Of a stretch of 64,000 nucleotides of DNA, positions 1 through 10,098 are shown piece after piece. The position numbers and the translations under genes were made by a program. The notes below the pieces were generated by a model. It was not told where the DNA came from and did not search any database. It saw nothing but the letters and a program-made list of their open reading frames with translations. Within the stretch, counting starts at the first letter, position 1; the number at the start of each line of letters is the position of its first letter. The stretch is from a bacterium (GTDB lineage: Bacteria; UBA8248), in contig OZ242260.1 of NCBI GenBank assembly GCA_965207065.1, forward strand, positions 3,072,001 to 3,136,000. Direction: 5' to 3'.

Positions 1-18
1 CGCCGCGCGGCTCTCCCG

Positions 19-456
19 TTATTCCCCGTGTCCGGGCGGGCGGCCCCGGTTCATCTCGTCGGGTTCTTCGGCGAATTCCATGCGGCTCTTGATGGCGTCT
101 ATCGTGAAATTCTCCTTGTCACCGGCCAGCTCGGGGTTCCACATCGGGTAGAACACCTCAAGCGCCATTCCCGGCTCATCACTCACGAGCTTCAACGTGT
201 GCATCGCGCCCGCCTTGACGTGCACCACGTCGCCCGGCCCGATGCGCCGCACATCGTCTTCGAGCGTGAACTCCCACTCGCCCGCCTGGATGTAGAAGAA
301 CTCCTCGTGATCGGGGTGGTTGTGCATTTTCGAGGGCGTGCCGCCCGGCTCGGTGATCAGGTGCTGCATCTGGATGTTGTCGCCGAAAATACGCCTGTGC
401 GCGACGCCGGGGCGGTCGTGGCTCAAGGGAAGCATGTCCCAGTTATAGAAACTCAT
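19..456 (-). CDS. Cupin-domain protein
   Basis: Cupin motifs MHNHPDHEEFFYIQAG and GDVVHVKAGAMHTL; start moved to ATG at 456, which follows an AAGGAA RBS. Confidence 0.8.
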   Translation of the reverse strand: MSFYNWDMLPLSHDRPGVAHRRIFGDNIQMQHLITEPGGTPSKMHNHPDHEEFFYIQAGEWEFTLEDDVRRIGPGDVVHVKAGAMHTLKLVSDEPGMALEVFYPMWNPELAGDKENFTIDAIKSRMEFAEEPDEMNRGRPPGHGE

Positions 457-705
457 GGTGTATTCCTTCGCGTGAGAGGTAAAAACTATCGTTTTTGAGC
501 GTGGGGCGCGGTGCGCCCGACTCGCTCTCATATGCCGACATTGCCGGGCATTCTAGGGGCAGGTTGCCGGGTAAGACAATCCGCGCGCTCATCCTCATGA
601 AAAAAAGGTGGGAGAGACCGATCCGCATAGCCGTGCGCGCCGCTCTGGGATACACTTTCCTCCATTCGCTTTCTATTTCAGGTGTTATCGGGAGAGGAGA
701 TGGTC

Positions 706-2229
706 ATGCGGTTCTCCGTTGTCGGCGGTGAAGGCTTCGACCAGGGGACGGACGCCCTGGTTTGCCTCATGGCGAAAGACGAAAAAAACGAACAGCTCGA
801 AAATATTCTGGGCGATGCCCTAGCTTCCTTGCGTGAGCGCAAGGTGTTTGAGGGGAAAGAGGGGCAAGTCTCCGTTCTGCCCGCGCCCGATGGCGGCGGA
901 GCGCCCAAATTCGTGATTCTTGCCGGCCTGGGCGATGAGGCGTCGCCCGAATCGGTCCGCTGCGCCAGCGCTCTGGCGGCCAGGCGCGCGCGGGCCGAGA
1001 GCTTAAAAAGCGTCGCAGTTTCGGCCACCACCACCGGAAATGGGTTCGAAGCACGAGAGGCGGCCCAGGCGATAGTCGAAGGCGTGGGTCTCGGGCTCTA
1101 CCGGATGGACAAGTATAAGAGCGCGGATAACGATGAGAAGAATGAGGTCTCGCGCGTCGTTTTGTGCGGCGGGCGAGGCAGGAACCTGAGCGCGATGCGG
1201 CGCGGCGTACGCTATGGGCGCGCGCTTTGCGAGGGAACGAACTATGCGCGCGACCTCATCAACACGCCCAGCAACGAGAAGCGCCCGCCCGCGCTGGCCG
1301 ATATGGCGCGCGCGATGGCGCGCCGCGAGGGCTTGAGGTGCCGCGTGCTGGACGAGAAGCAGATGGCGAGAATGAAGATGGGCGCGCTTCTCTCCGTGAG
1401 CCGGGGCAGCAGCGAGCCGGCGAGCATGGTCGTCCTCGAATACAGGCCAGAGGGCGCCAGAAGCCAGAAACCCATCGCCTTCGTCGGCAAGGGGGTGACG
1501 TTCGACACGGGCGGCATATCCATCAAGCCGAGCGGCGGTCTCGAACTGATGACGACCGACATGAGCGGCGCCGCCGCCGTGCTGGGCGCCATGCTGGCCG
1601 TCGCGCGCTCGAAGCCCCGCGTGCCGGTAATCGGCGTAACGGGCCTCGTGGAGAACATGGTGGACGGCGACGCCACGCGGCCTGGCGACATCGTGCGCTC
1701 CATGAAGGGAACGACGATTGAAATCCACAACACCGACGCCGAGGGCAGGCTCGTCCTCGCCGATGCGCTCCACTACACGCGCGAGAAATACAAGCCCCAG
1801 TGCATGATCGATCTCGCCACCTTGACGGGCGCCTGCATGGTGGCGCTGGGCCAGAAGGTGACGGGCATGTACGGCACGCACGATGAACTGCTGGGGCGGG
1901 TGCGCGACCTGGGCGAGCGCACGGGCGACCGCGTCTGGCACATGCCGCTGTTCCCGGAATACGGCGAGGCGATGAAGGGAAAGTTAGCCGATATGTGCAA
2001 CATCTCGGGCGCGCGCTGGGGGGGAGCGAACACCGCCGCCGCGTTTTTGCAGCATTTCGCCGACGAGACGCCCTGGGTGCACCTCGACATCGCGGGGCCT
2101 TCTCACACCGGAAAAGCCGATCCCTACCGCCCCGAGGGGGGCACCGGCGTTGGCGTGCGGGTCCTCGCGGAGCTTGCGATGGGCTGGAAGCGCCTCACAC
2201 CCCAGGAGGGCAAGGCATACGGGTGTTAG
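706..2229 (+). CDS. pepA: Leucyl aminopeptidase (M17)
   Basis: VGKGVTFDTGGISIK, DMSGAAAV and NTDAEGRLVLAD motifs; GAGAGGAG RBS before ATG 700/706. Confidence 0.95.
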   Translation: MRFSVVGGEGFDQGTDALVCLMAKDEKNEQLENILGDALASLRERKVFEGKEGQVSVLPAPDGGGAPKFVILAGLGDEASPESVRCASALAARRARAESLKSVAVSATTTGNGFEAREAAQAIVEGVGLGLYRMDKYKSADNDEKNEVSRVVLCGGRGRNLSAMRRGVRYGRALCEGTNYARDLINTPSNEKRPPALADMARAMARREGLRCRVLDEKQMARMKMGALLSVSRGSSEPASMVVLEYRPEGARSQKPIAFVGKGVTFDTGGISIKPSGGLELMTTDMSGAAAVLGAMLAVARSKPRVPVIGVTGLVENMVDGDATRPGDIVRSMKGTTIEIHNTDAEGRLVLADALHYTREKYKPQCMIDLATLTGACMVALGQKVTGMYGTHDELLGRVRDLGERTGDRVWHMPLFPEYGEAMKGKLADMCNISGARWGGANTAAAFLQHFADETPWVHLDIAGPSHTGKADPYRPEGGTGVGVRVLAELAMGWKRLTPQEGKAYGC

Positions 2230-2348
2230 GGGGGTGTTGAAAAAAAATCCAGGTTCCGTGATTTACATGCACCCGACCGTGGACGGGGAAGATATTATTC
2301 CTTCCTTGAGGGGTATTGCCGGTCAGGGCAGGGGAGTGTGATAGTTTG

Positions 2349-2418
2349 GTAGGGGCCGCATACATGCGGCCCATCCCCGAGAGGCGAAAAAGCAGGGACG
2401 CATGTATGCGTCCCCTAC
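2349..2418. repeat. Inverted pair of GTAG-type REP-like hairpins
   Basis: GTAGGGGCCGCATACATGCGGCCC ... AGGGACGCATGTATGCGTCCCCTAC. Confidence 0.7.
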
Positions 2419-2522
2419 ACCCCTTCGCATCATTTGGGGCTGAATTATATCGCCCGTAGCATGAACCGGGTTTTTCCAGCAACCTCTTGGGGGGCAGCGT
2501 GGCGCGTAAATGAGTTTTGCGG

Positions 2523-3548
2523 CTACTCCGCGGCGAACGCCTTCGAGACGGGCCGGTTGGTGTTGTTCCATCCCGGGATGATGAACGAAGAGGGGCCGGG
2601 CAGGCCGCCGGCTACCAGGAGGGTTATGTCTTCGGGTTTCCGGATCATGGGCGTCATGCAGGCGTCGTCGTCGTGATCCACCCATTCGGGCCACTCGCTC
2701 TTTTCTTTCCCCCGGTAGCGTCCGCCGCGCTTTAGCAGCCCCACGGGCAGGCGGGCGCGCTCGACGAGGCCTTGCTTGGCGTCGTCCCGGCTGAAGCCGT
2801 GGTCCGCGAGAAGCTGCGCGTGTTCCGGCCCCATGACCACCGTTAGGCCCACGGGCGAATAGGCGTGGCGCGTGCCCATGGTGGAGATGGTGCTCGCAAT
2901 CGTGGTGAGCACGCCGTCCGGGTGATCGCTCGAATCATCGAGCGCGACGCGCGGGCCTTCCCCCGCGCAGGCGGTGACGACGTTTTCCTCCTTGCCGAAT
3001 CCGCGCTCCTCGGCCAGCGAGGGCCAGGGGCTGATTTCCTCGTTCTCGCGCAGGCAGTAGGCGAATTTGCTCGGGCTTCCGAACGTGCTCATGTCCACCA
3101 CGCCGGGAATCCCCCCGCCCAGGTTCAGGAGCATGAGCCTGAGCGCGCGTCCGATGGTCGCATTGGCGCGAAAGCCCGGCCCCAGGCAGCCCGTACCGCC
3201 GTGTACGCCGATCTCGCGGGGGTAGGGGCCGTTCATGACGATGAGGGGGCCGGCGGGGTTCATGGTGGCCTGGATGCCGTTCATGTTGAAGCTGGGGTCC
3301 AGAATGCAGGAGAGCGTGCATAACAGCGCAGGGAAGTATAAGGGTTTGCAGCCCGCCATGACGGCGTGGAGCGCCACGGCCTCCACAGTCGCGGGATGGT
3401 TCGCGGGCGGCACGTGGCCGATGAGCGCATCGGGCGCGTGGTTCGCGAGCATTTTGGCTAAGCGCTCTTCCGTTGGGACGACGACGGGCAGGCCGTCGGA
3501 CCAGGGTTGCGCGAAGAAATACTCGACCGGGTCAGGAGCGTCTGTCAT
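2523..3548 (-). CDS. Conserved hypothetical protein of the 'W(S/T)DGLPVVxPT' family (often associated with UGSC/thioredoxin-like proteins)
   Basis: WSDGLPVVVPTEE, AVMAGCKP and GPGFRANATIGRALRL motifs; family assignment from memory. Confidence 0.7.
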   Translation of the reverse strand: MTDAPDPVEYFFAQPWSDGLPVVVPTEERLAKMLANHAPDALIGHVPPANHPATVEAVALHAVMAGCKPLYFPALLCTLSCILDPSFNMNGIQATMNPAGPLIVMNGPYPREIGVHGGTGCLGPGFRANATIGRALRLMLLNLGGGIPGVVDMSTFGSPSKFAYCLRENEEISPWPSLAEERGFGKEENVVTACAGEGPRVALDDSSDHPDGVLTTIASTISTMGTRHAYSPVGLTVVMGPEHAQLLADHGFSRDDAKQGLVERARLPVGLLKRGGRYRGKEKSEWPEWVDHDDDACMTPMIRKPEDITLLVAGGLPGPSSFIIPGWNNTNRPVSKAFAAE

Positions 3549-3554
3549 TTGCCC

Positions 3555-4469
3555 TTACGCTCTTTCGGCGATGGCGCGGGCGCGGGCGAGCACGTTATCC
3601 GCATGCTTCACCATGGCGATATCGATCATCTTCCCCTGAAAGGAGACTGCGCCCAATCCCTGCGCTTCGCCCTCGCGGTAGGCTTCGGCCATCTCGGTGT
3701 AGTAGGAGACTTCCTCTTCGCTCGGGGAGTAAACGTCGTTGAAGATCGGCACCTGTCTCGGGTGGATGGCCGCCTTGCCGGTATAGCCGAGTTTTTTGGC
3801 GAATTCCGCATCCGCCCGGCAGCCGTCGTCGTCCTGCAGTCGCATGTAGACGCCGTCGGTGGGGTGGGGCAGGGCTGCGGCCCGCGCCTCGACGAGCACC
3901 TTGCTCCGCGTGTAGAGGAGCGTCGTGCCGTCTTCGGTCCAGGTAGCGCCCAGGCTGCGGCACAGATCCGCATCCTCGGCACTGCCCAGGTTCACGCCCA
4001 CCACGCGGTCCGCCGCCTTGCAGATGTCGTAGCAATGCACGACGCCCGAGGCGCTCTCTATCTGCGCGATGATGCCCACCCCGCCTTCTTCCAGACCGCG
4101 CTCGCGCTCGTATTTCGACAGTAGCGCATCGGCGGTTCTCACGTCCGCAGCACTCTCCGGCTTGGGCAGAAATATACCGTCGAGCCCTTCGGTCATGATG
4201 GCGTCGATGTCCTCATCCAGCATGCCTGATTCCACGTCGTTCACGCGGACGAGGATGGTGGAGGGGCCGCCGGGCGCGCTGCTCGTCTCGGCGATGCCTG
4301 AGCGCACGAGTTCGCGCGCTGCTTCCTTCATCTGGGGGGCGACGGAATCCTCGAGATCGAACAGGGCGGCGTCCGCCTCGATGGTGGGGCCTTTCCCCAC
4401 CATCTTCTCGCTCGAACCGGGGATGAAGAGCATGGAGCGCAAGGGGGTATCGATGTCTGGTCTGGCCAT
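3555..4469 (-). CDS. CitE/HpcH-family CoA-ester lyase (citrate lyase beta / malyl-CoA lyase-like)
   Basis: RSMLFIPG, FDLEDSVAP, GYTGKAAIHPRQV and GKMIDIAMV motifs. Confidence 0.9.
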   Translation of the reverse strand: MARPDIDTPLRSMLFIPGSSEKMVGKGPTIEADAALFDLEDSVAPQMKEAARELVRSGIAETSSAPGGPSTILVRVNDVESGMLDEDIDAIMTEGLDGIFLPKPESAADVRTADALLSKYERERGLEEGGVGIIAQIESASGVVHCYDICKAADRVVGVNLGSAEDADLCRSLGATWTEDGTTLLYTRSKVLVEARAAALPHPTDGVYMRLQDDDGCRADAEFAKKLGYTGKAAIHPRQVPIFNDVYSPSEEEVSYYTEMAEAYREGEAQGLGAVSFQGKMIDIAMVKHADNVLARARAIAERA

Positions 4470-4551
4470 GGGATTTTTAATACTCCTTGTAGTCGTGTGG
4501 CCGCTCGCCGGACTTAAGGGAACGCAGGTTCCGGCTGCGGGGTTCCGGTTT

Positions 4552-5835
4552 TCAATAATCCAAAAGGGAAAAGTCCATGTTCTCGAGCGCATCGCGGACG
4601 TCGGAGACGAACCTGCCGGCCGCCATGCCGTCGTTCACGCGGTGGTCGAAGGTGATCGCCAGAATCATGACGGGCCGCACGGAGACTGAACCGTTCGGAA
4701 GGGCCACCGGGCGCGGCGCAATGGCGCCCGTGCCGATGATGGCCACCTCGGGCGGGTTGATGATGGGATTTCCGCCCAGCGTGCCCGAGGCGCCGAAATT
4801 GGTGAGCGTGAGCGTCCCGCCCCGGACGTCTTCGGGCGTGAGCGCGCCCTCTCTGGCCCTGGCGGCCAGATCATCGAGCCGGACGGAAAGCTCCACCAGG
4901 TTCATGGAATCCGCTGCTTTCAAGACGGGAACCACGAGGCCGCCCGGGGAGTCCACGGCAACGCCCAGGTTCAGGTAGCGTTTGACCGTGAGGGCGTCGT
5001 CTTCAAACGTGGCGCTGAAGCGCTCGTTGCCTTCGTTTCTGAGCGCGTGGACGAGCGCCATGATGAAAAATGGCGTGTAGGTGAGGTTTGCGCCGTGTTT
5101 TTCGCGAAACGCCTCTTTGTTCGCGTCCCGAAAGGCCGAAACGCCGCTCATATCCACCTCGAGCCAGCTTGTGACCTGGGGAATCTCGCGCACCGAGCGG
5201 GTGAGGTTTTCGGCGATCCGCTTCCTGACCCGGCTGAGGGGCTCCACGCGCTCATCCCGGTTCGCGCTGAGCGGTTTCGTCGACATCTCGATTCTGGGTG
5301 GCGCGCCGCCGCCCGCGATGAACGCCTCCACGTCGCGCGCGGTAACACGTCCGCCCGTTCCCGTGCCCTCTATCCCTGAGATTACGTCCAGGCCGACCCC
5401 GTGCGCAGCGGCAAGGCTCTGAACACGCGGAGAGAGCCAGGCTTTCCCCTCTCCTGAGGGACGGGGCGCTTTTTCCACCCGCACCGCCGGGATGACGGGT
5501 TTTACCCTCGGTTGCAACGGCGCGACTGGGGCCGCCCAGTCGCTCGCGTCCGAATCCGGTTTTTCGGGCTCGGGCGTCTCGTCGGCGACCTCGGTTTCTG
5601 TCTCCATGGTCGCCAGCACCTCGCCCACGTTCACGGTTTCTTCCGCTTCCGCCAGGATTTCCGTGATCACGCCGTCTGCGGGAGCCTCGACCTCGAACTC
5701 CACCTTGTCGCTCTCCGCCGAAAGCAGCACCTCGCCCTTCGCCACTGTGTCGCCCACCGTCTTCTTCCAGGCCACCACCGTGCTCTCGTGCACGCTGGTT
5801 CCCATGCGGGGCATTCTGATGCGCGCGGTGTACAT
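4552..5835 (-). CDS. 2-oxoacid dehydrogenase E2 (dihydrolipoamide acyltransferase)
   Basis: Lipoyl domain ESDKVEFEV, E3-binding GTGTGGRVTARDV, catalytic TFDHRVNDG. Confidence 0.95.
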   Translation of the reverse strand: MYTARIRMPRMGTSVHESTVVAWKKTVGDTVAKGEVLLSAESDKVEFEVEAPADGVITEILAEAEETVNVGEVLATMETETEVADETPEPEKPDSDASDWAAPVAPLQPRVKPVIPAVRVEKAPRPSGEGKAWLSPRVQSLAAAHGVGLDVISGIEGTGTGGRVTARDVEAFIAGGGAPPRIEMSTKPLSANRDERVEPLSRVRKRIAENLTRSVREIPQVTSWLEVDMSGVSAFRDANKEAFREKHGANLTYTPFFIMALVHALRNEGNERFSATFEDDALTVKRYLNLGVAVDSPGGLVVPVLKAADSMNLVELSVRLDDLAARAREGALTPEDVRGGTLTLTNFGASGTLGGNPIINPPEVAIIGTGAIAPRPVALPNGSVSVRPVMILAITFDHRVNDGMAAGRFVSDVRDALENMDFSLLDY

Positions 5836-5915
5836 GGGGCTCCCTCAAGCGTGATGAAGAAAATCGAAAATTTGTTTTACTCGAAAACTTAGGATTACGC
5901 CAGATGAGGCGGGGG

Positions 5916-6908
5916 TTAGAACGCGGCGAGATCGCGCAGTTCGTCTACGACCTTCTCGGTGCTGGGCAGGTAGGCTCGCTCGAGCGGGGGGCTGAGCGGC
6001 ACGTGGGCTTCGGGCGCACCGACCCGGCGCACGGGGGCGTCCAGATACTCAAAGACCTCCTCGCTCACGATGGCAGCCAGTTCGCCGCCCACGCCGCCTC
6101 GTTTTCTCGCCTCGTGCAGGAAGAGGATTTTCCCTGTTTTCCTGACACTTTCCAGGATCGCCTCTTTATCGAGCGGAACCAGGGTCCTGAGATCGATGAC
6201 CTCCACCGACACACCATCATTTTCGAGCACTTCCGCCGCTTCCAGGGCTTCGAGCACGGTGGTGCCGAAGGTGATGAGTGATATGTCGTCCCCCTCGCGC
6301 AGGGTTCTCGCTTCGCCGAAGGGCACAGTGTAGTCCTGCTCGGGGATTTCGGGCCTCAAGACCTCGGGCAGTTCGTTCACCGGGTAGTTATAGAACTTTT
6401 TGTATTCCATGAAGATGACGGGATTGGGGTCTCTTATCGCTCCCTTGAGCATCCCCTTGGCGTCATATGAGGTTGTGGGTGCGACGATCTTGAGGCCCGG
6501 CGTCCCGAAAAACCAGATTTCGGGGTTCTGGCTGTGGAACGGGCCGGCGCTGACGAGCGCGGCGGCCGGCAGGCGCAGGACGATGGGCACCGGCCCCATC
6601 TGCCGGTAATGGTTCCCGGCCGCGTAGTCCACGATCATCTTGTAGGATTCGGTGACGAAATCGGCGAACTGAAACTCCACTACGGGCCGCATGCCGCAAA
6701 GCGCCGCGCCGATGGCCGTACCCGTGAAGCCCGCCTCGCTCAGGGGAACGTCCACCACGCGGTCGCGCCCGAATTTCTCCATGAACCCTTTTGTGATGTT
6801 GAAGGCCCCGCCGCCCAGACCGATGTCTTCTCCCAGGAGAAAGACTTCCTCGTCTCGCTCCATCTCTTCCCACATAGCGGCGCTCAGCGCTTCGCGGTAG
6901 GTGATCAT
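5916..6908 (-). CDS. 2-oxoacid dehydrogenase E1 beta subunit
   Basis: LLGEDIG, DVPLSEAGF, EFQFADF, HSQ and EVIDLRTLVPLD motifs. Confidence 0.95.
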   Translation of the reverse strand: MITYREALSAAMWEEMERDEEVFLLGEDIGLGGGAFNITKGFMEKFGRDRVVDVPLSEAGFTGTAIGAALCGMRPVVEFQFADFVTESYKMIVDYAAGNHYRQMGPVPIVLRLPAAALVSAGPFHSQNPEIWFFGTPGLKIVAPTTSYDAKGMLKGAIRDPNPVIFMEYKKFYNYPVNELPEVLRPEIPEQDYTVPFGEARTLREGDDISLITFGTTVLEALEAAEVLENDGVSVEVIDLRTLVPLDKEAILESVRKTGKILFLHEARKRGGVGGELAAIVSEEVFEYLDAPVRRVGAPEAHVPLSPPLERAYLPSTEKVVDELRDLAAF

Positions 6909-8002
6909 TCGGCGAACACTCCTTCGGTCAGGTGCGCGGGGTCGGGCATCGGGCTTTTGAGCGCTTCATCGCGCGCGTCTTCCGCGTCCCTTCTCGCCTT
7001 ATCGTGGGAGGCGGCGACTTCTCCCGCCGTCATGACGCCGAACTCGATGAGCGCCTCATCGAGGCGTTTGATGGGGTCGCGCTCGCTGGTCCACTTCTCG
7101 AAATGCTCCATGTCCACGTAGTCGGAGAATTTGTCGTACACCGAATGGCCCGCGGCGCGCATGGTGATGCTCTCGATCAAGGTGGGGCCGCCGCCCTCCC
7201 TTGCTCGCGCAAGCGCCTGGCTGCACACGTGGTGCACGAGGGGCGCGTTCGTGCCGTCGATGAGGAAACCGGGAAGCCCGTAGCCGGGCGCCTTGAGCAC
7301 CAGGGCGTCGCAGGCGTACTGATCGCTCAGCAGCGTTTTGTAGGCGTACTGGTTGTTGTCGATGATGATGACGAGGGGGAGTTTTCTCACGGCGGCGAAG
7401 TTCACCGCCTCGTGGAAATCGCCCGCGCTCGTGCCGCCGTCGCCGATATAGTTGATGGTGGCCTCGCCCTTGCCGCGCGCCTTGGCCGCCCACGCCACGC
7501 CCGTCGCGATGGGCACCATGGTGCCGATGTGGCTGATGAGCTGGGTGATGCGCTTGGGCCGGTAGCCCATGTGGAAGTTCCCGTCGCGCCCGCCCGAGGG
7601 GCCGTCGGCGCGACCGAAGAAATGCGACATGATGCTCCTGGGTGGATGGCCCTTGGCGAGGTGCGCCCCGCAGTTCCGGTGCATGGGCACGAGCCATTCG
7701 TGATCTTCGAGACACATCGCGCTGGCGACGCTCGCCCCCTCGTTTCCCCTGCCGAAAAAGGCGGTGCCGGGGATGTGGCCTGAGCGGAATGCGGAATCGA
7801 GCGTCTCTTCTACCGCACGCGCGAGGGAGACGAGGTAGTGCATCCGCTCGGCGGTTTCCCTGTCGGGGAGGATCTCATTTTTAGTGAAGCTCACCCAGCG
7901 CGCCTCCAGGCCGTCCACGGCGAGGTAGCGATCGGCGAGATCGGTATAAAAATCGAGGCTGGCCAGCTCCTCGCGGGTGGCGAGGGGGTGATTCGCGTCC
8001 AT
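6905..8002 (-). CDS. 2-oxoacid dehydrogenase E1 alpha subunit
   Basis: TPP-binding GDGGTSAGDFHEAVN...DNNQY; RAAGHS; 4-bp overlap with E1 beta. Confidence 0.93.
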   Translation of the reverse strand: MDANHPLATREELASLDFYTDLADRYLAVDGLEARWVSFTKNEILPDRETAERMHYLVSLARAVEETLDSAFRSGHIPGTAFFGRGNEGASVASAMCLEDHEWLVPMHRNCGAHLAKGHPPRSIMSHFFGRADGPSGGRDGNFHMGYRPKRITQLISHIGTMVPIATGVAWAAKARGKGEATINYIGDGGTSAGDFHEAVNFAAVRKLPLVIIIDNNQYAYKTLLSDQYACDALVLKAPGYGLPGFLIDGTNAPLVHHVCSQALARAREGGGPTLIESITMRAAGHSVYDKFSDYVDMEHFEKWTSERDPIKRLDEALIEFGVMTAGEVAASHDKARRDAEDARDEALKSPMPDPAHLTEGVFAE

Positions 8003-8307
8003 GCGGCTCTCCTTGCGCGTGACCGGAGAAAACGACAGACGTCGTGATGCGTCTTCGGGGTCGTCTCCTGTTCTTTACGCGATTAAACCATATTTCGCCC
8101 CGGAATGGATACAGCCTTTGAAACGCGCGCGCTTTGAATATAGAGTTGGCCTCCTGAAGAATGAGTAGAGAATGGACGCGCCTTCACCCAGGTTTTCTTG
8201 AGCGGCGATGCGAATGATCTTTGCGGACCGCGTGTATTGCACGCGAGAGGCGTTGTTGAATTAAGGAGGCGGCGCAAGTCGGCCAGTATTAAAAAAGTGA
8301 GGGAAAG

Positions 8308-9216
8308 ATGAGTCTTCTGGTGGTCGGTTCCATGGCGATTGATTCGGTGAAGACGCCCTTCGGCGAGCGTGAAGAGGCGGTGGGCGGTTCGGCCACTTAT
8401 TTTTCAGTGGCGGCGAGTTATTTCACGGACGTGCGGCTCGTGGCCGTGGTGGGGGCGGATTTTCCCGATGACACGCTCGCGTTCCTGGAAGAGCGGAAAA
8501 TCGACATTTCGGGCATCGAGCGAAGCGACGGGGAGACCTTCCGCTGGCGCGGGGAGTACGGGTTCGACCTGAACACCGCCCACACGCTCGACACGCAGTT
8601 GAACGTATTCGAGCGTTTCTCGCCGAAGCTGCCGGATAATTTCAAAGGCACTGATTTCGTGTTTCTGGCGAACATCGACCCGGCGCTTCAGGCCGCCGTG
8701 CTGGGGCAGGCGAACTCGCCCCGGCTCGTGGCGTGCGACACCATGAACTTCTGGATTGAGGGCAAGCGCGATGAGTTGCTCAAAACGCTCTCGATGGTCG
8801 ATATGGTGGTCATCAACGACGCGGAGGCGCGCGCCCTCTCGGGCGAGGCGAACATCGCGCGCGCGGCGCGCAGAATCCGGGAGATCGGCCCCAAGACCCT
8901 GGTGGTGAAACAGGGTGAGTACGGCGCGCTGCTCTTTCACGAGGACGGCGTGTTCTCCGCTCCCGGGCTGCCGATCGAGGACGTCTGCGACCCCACGGGA
9001 GCGGGCGACAGCTTCGCGGGCGGCTTCATGGGCCATCTCGCCGCAACGGGTGACCTGAGCGAGGCGGGGATGCGCCGGGCGGTCGTTTTCGGCAGCGTCA
9101 TGGCGTCGTTCAACGTGGAATCGTTCAGCTACGACCGGATGCGCGCGCTATCGGCAGAAGAAATAGACGCGCGTTTCCGGTCGTTCAGCGAACTGGCCCA
9201 CTTCGAGCGCCTCTGA
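8308..9216 (+). CDS. PfkB/ribokinase-family sugar or nucleoside kinase
   Basis: GGSATY and DPTGAGDSFAGG motifs. Confidence 0.92.
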   Translation: MSLLVVGSMAIDSVKTPFGEREEAVGGSATYFSVAASYFTDVRLVAVVGADFPDDTLAFLEERKIDISGIERSDGETFRWRGEYGFDLNTAHTLDTQLNVFERFSPKLPDNFKGTDFVFLANIDPALQAAVLGQANSPRLVACDTMNFWIEGKRDELLKTLSMVDMVVINDAEARALSGEANIARAARRIREIGPKTLVVKQGEYGALLFHEDGVFSAPGLPIEDVCDPTGAGDSFAGGFMGHLAATGDLSEAGMRRAVVFGSVMASFNVESFSYDRMRALSAEEIDARFRSFSELAHFERL

Positions 9217-9225
9217 GGACATGCG

Positions 9226-9816
9226 GTGTCGCTCAGGATTATCGGCGGGGCGGCAAGAAGCCGGAGGATACCCTCGCCCGAAGAAACGGGCGTACGGCCC
9301 ACGGGGGAGCGGGTGCGGGAGGCGCTGTTCAACATCTGGGGGGGCGCGGTGGAAGGCGCGCGCGTGCTCGATCTGTGCGCGGGTTCGGGCGCGATATCAC
9401 TGGAGGCGCTCAGCCGGGGCGCGGCCGGTGTTCTTGCCTTAGAAAAAAATCCGCGTCTTTGCGAGGCGATGCGGCGTAACGCCGAGGCTCTTGGCCTGAC
9501 CGATGGCTTCGAGGTGCGCTGCGCGGACGTGCTCGCCGAGATCGGGCGAATTCAGGCGGAATCTTCGCACAGGTTCGATCTGGCCTTCGCCGATCCGCCC
9601 TGGCGCGAAGACGCACTGCGACGAGAGCTTCTAGAGGCCGTCTTTGCGCCCGAGCCGATATGCGCAAGCCTTGTGATGGAGGCTCCCCGGGGCGTCGCGG
9701 CGAGGAGTGAAGTTAGTGGGGCGAGGCTCGTGCGCGAGAGACGATACGGCGATACCTGTCTGCTCTTCTATGAGGTGGATGCGGTGGGTGAGAGTGCCAA
9801 AGATGATGAGTTATAA
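9226..9816 (+). CDS. rsmD: 16S rRNA m2G966 methyltransferase
   Basis: LRIIGG, VRPTGERVREALFNI, LDLCAGSGA, FADPPW and RRYGDT motifs. Confidence 0.9.
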   Translation: MSLRIIGGAARSRRIPSPEETGVRPTGERVREALFNIWGGAVEGARVLDLCAGSGAISLEALSRGAAGVLALEKNPRLCEAMRRNAEALGLTDGFEVRCADVLAEIGRIQAESSHRFDLAFADPPWREDALRRELLEAVFAPEPICASLVMEAPRGVAARSEVSGARLVRERRYGDTCLLFYEVDAVGESAKDDEL

Positions 9817-10028
9817 TGAAAATTCTTGAGCCTCGATGAGGGGTGAATTCAGGAATTCGTCCATGAAACTTGTGCAAAAACAATGCTTAAAACGAAAGTA
9901 CAAGGCCTGAAGAGGCGAAAATTTAGTGTATGTTATTGATATTGCATGAGTTAAAAGGTTTGCTCAAAAAAGTGTCAATATGGTTTAAGTGACGGAAAAT
10001 AGGGGATTTAGAGGCCCATTTAACATAC

Positions 10029-10062
10029 TTATCCACAAGTTATTCACGGATTCTGTGGGCAA
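10029..10062. promoter_or_regulatory. DnaA-box cluster in an AT-rich intergenic region
   Basis: Perfect TTATCCACA 10029-10037, TTATTCACG 10040-10048, inverted TGTGGGCAA 10054-10062. Confidence 0.6.
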
Positions 10063-10098
10063 AAAATTACAAAAACTTTATACTCAGGGGAAAGTCTA

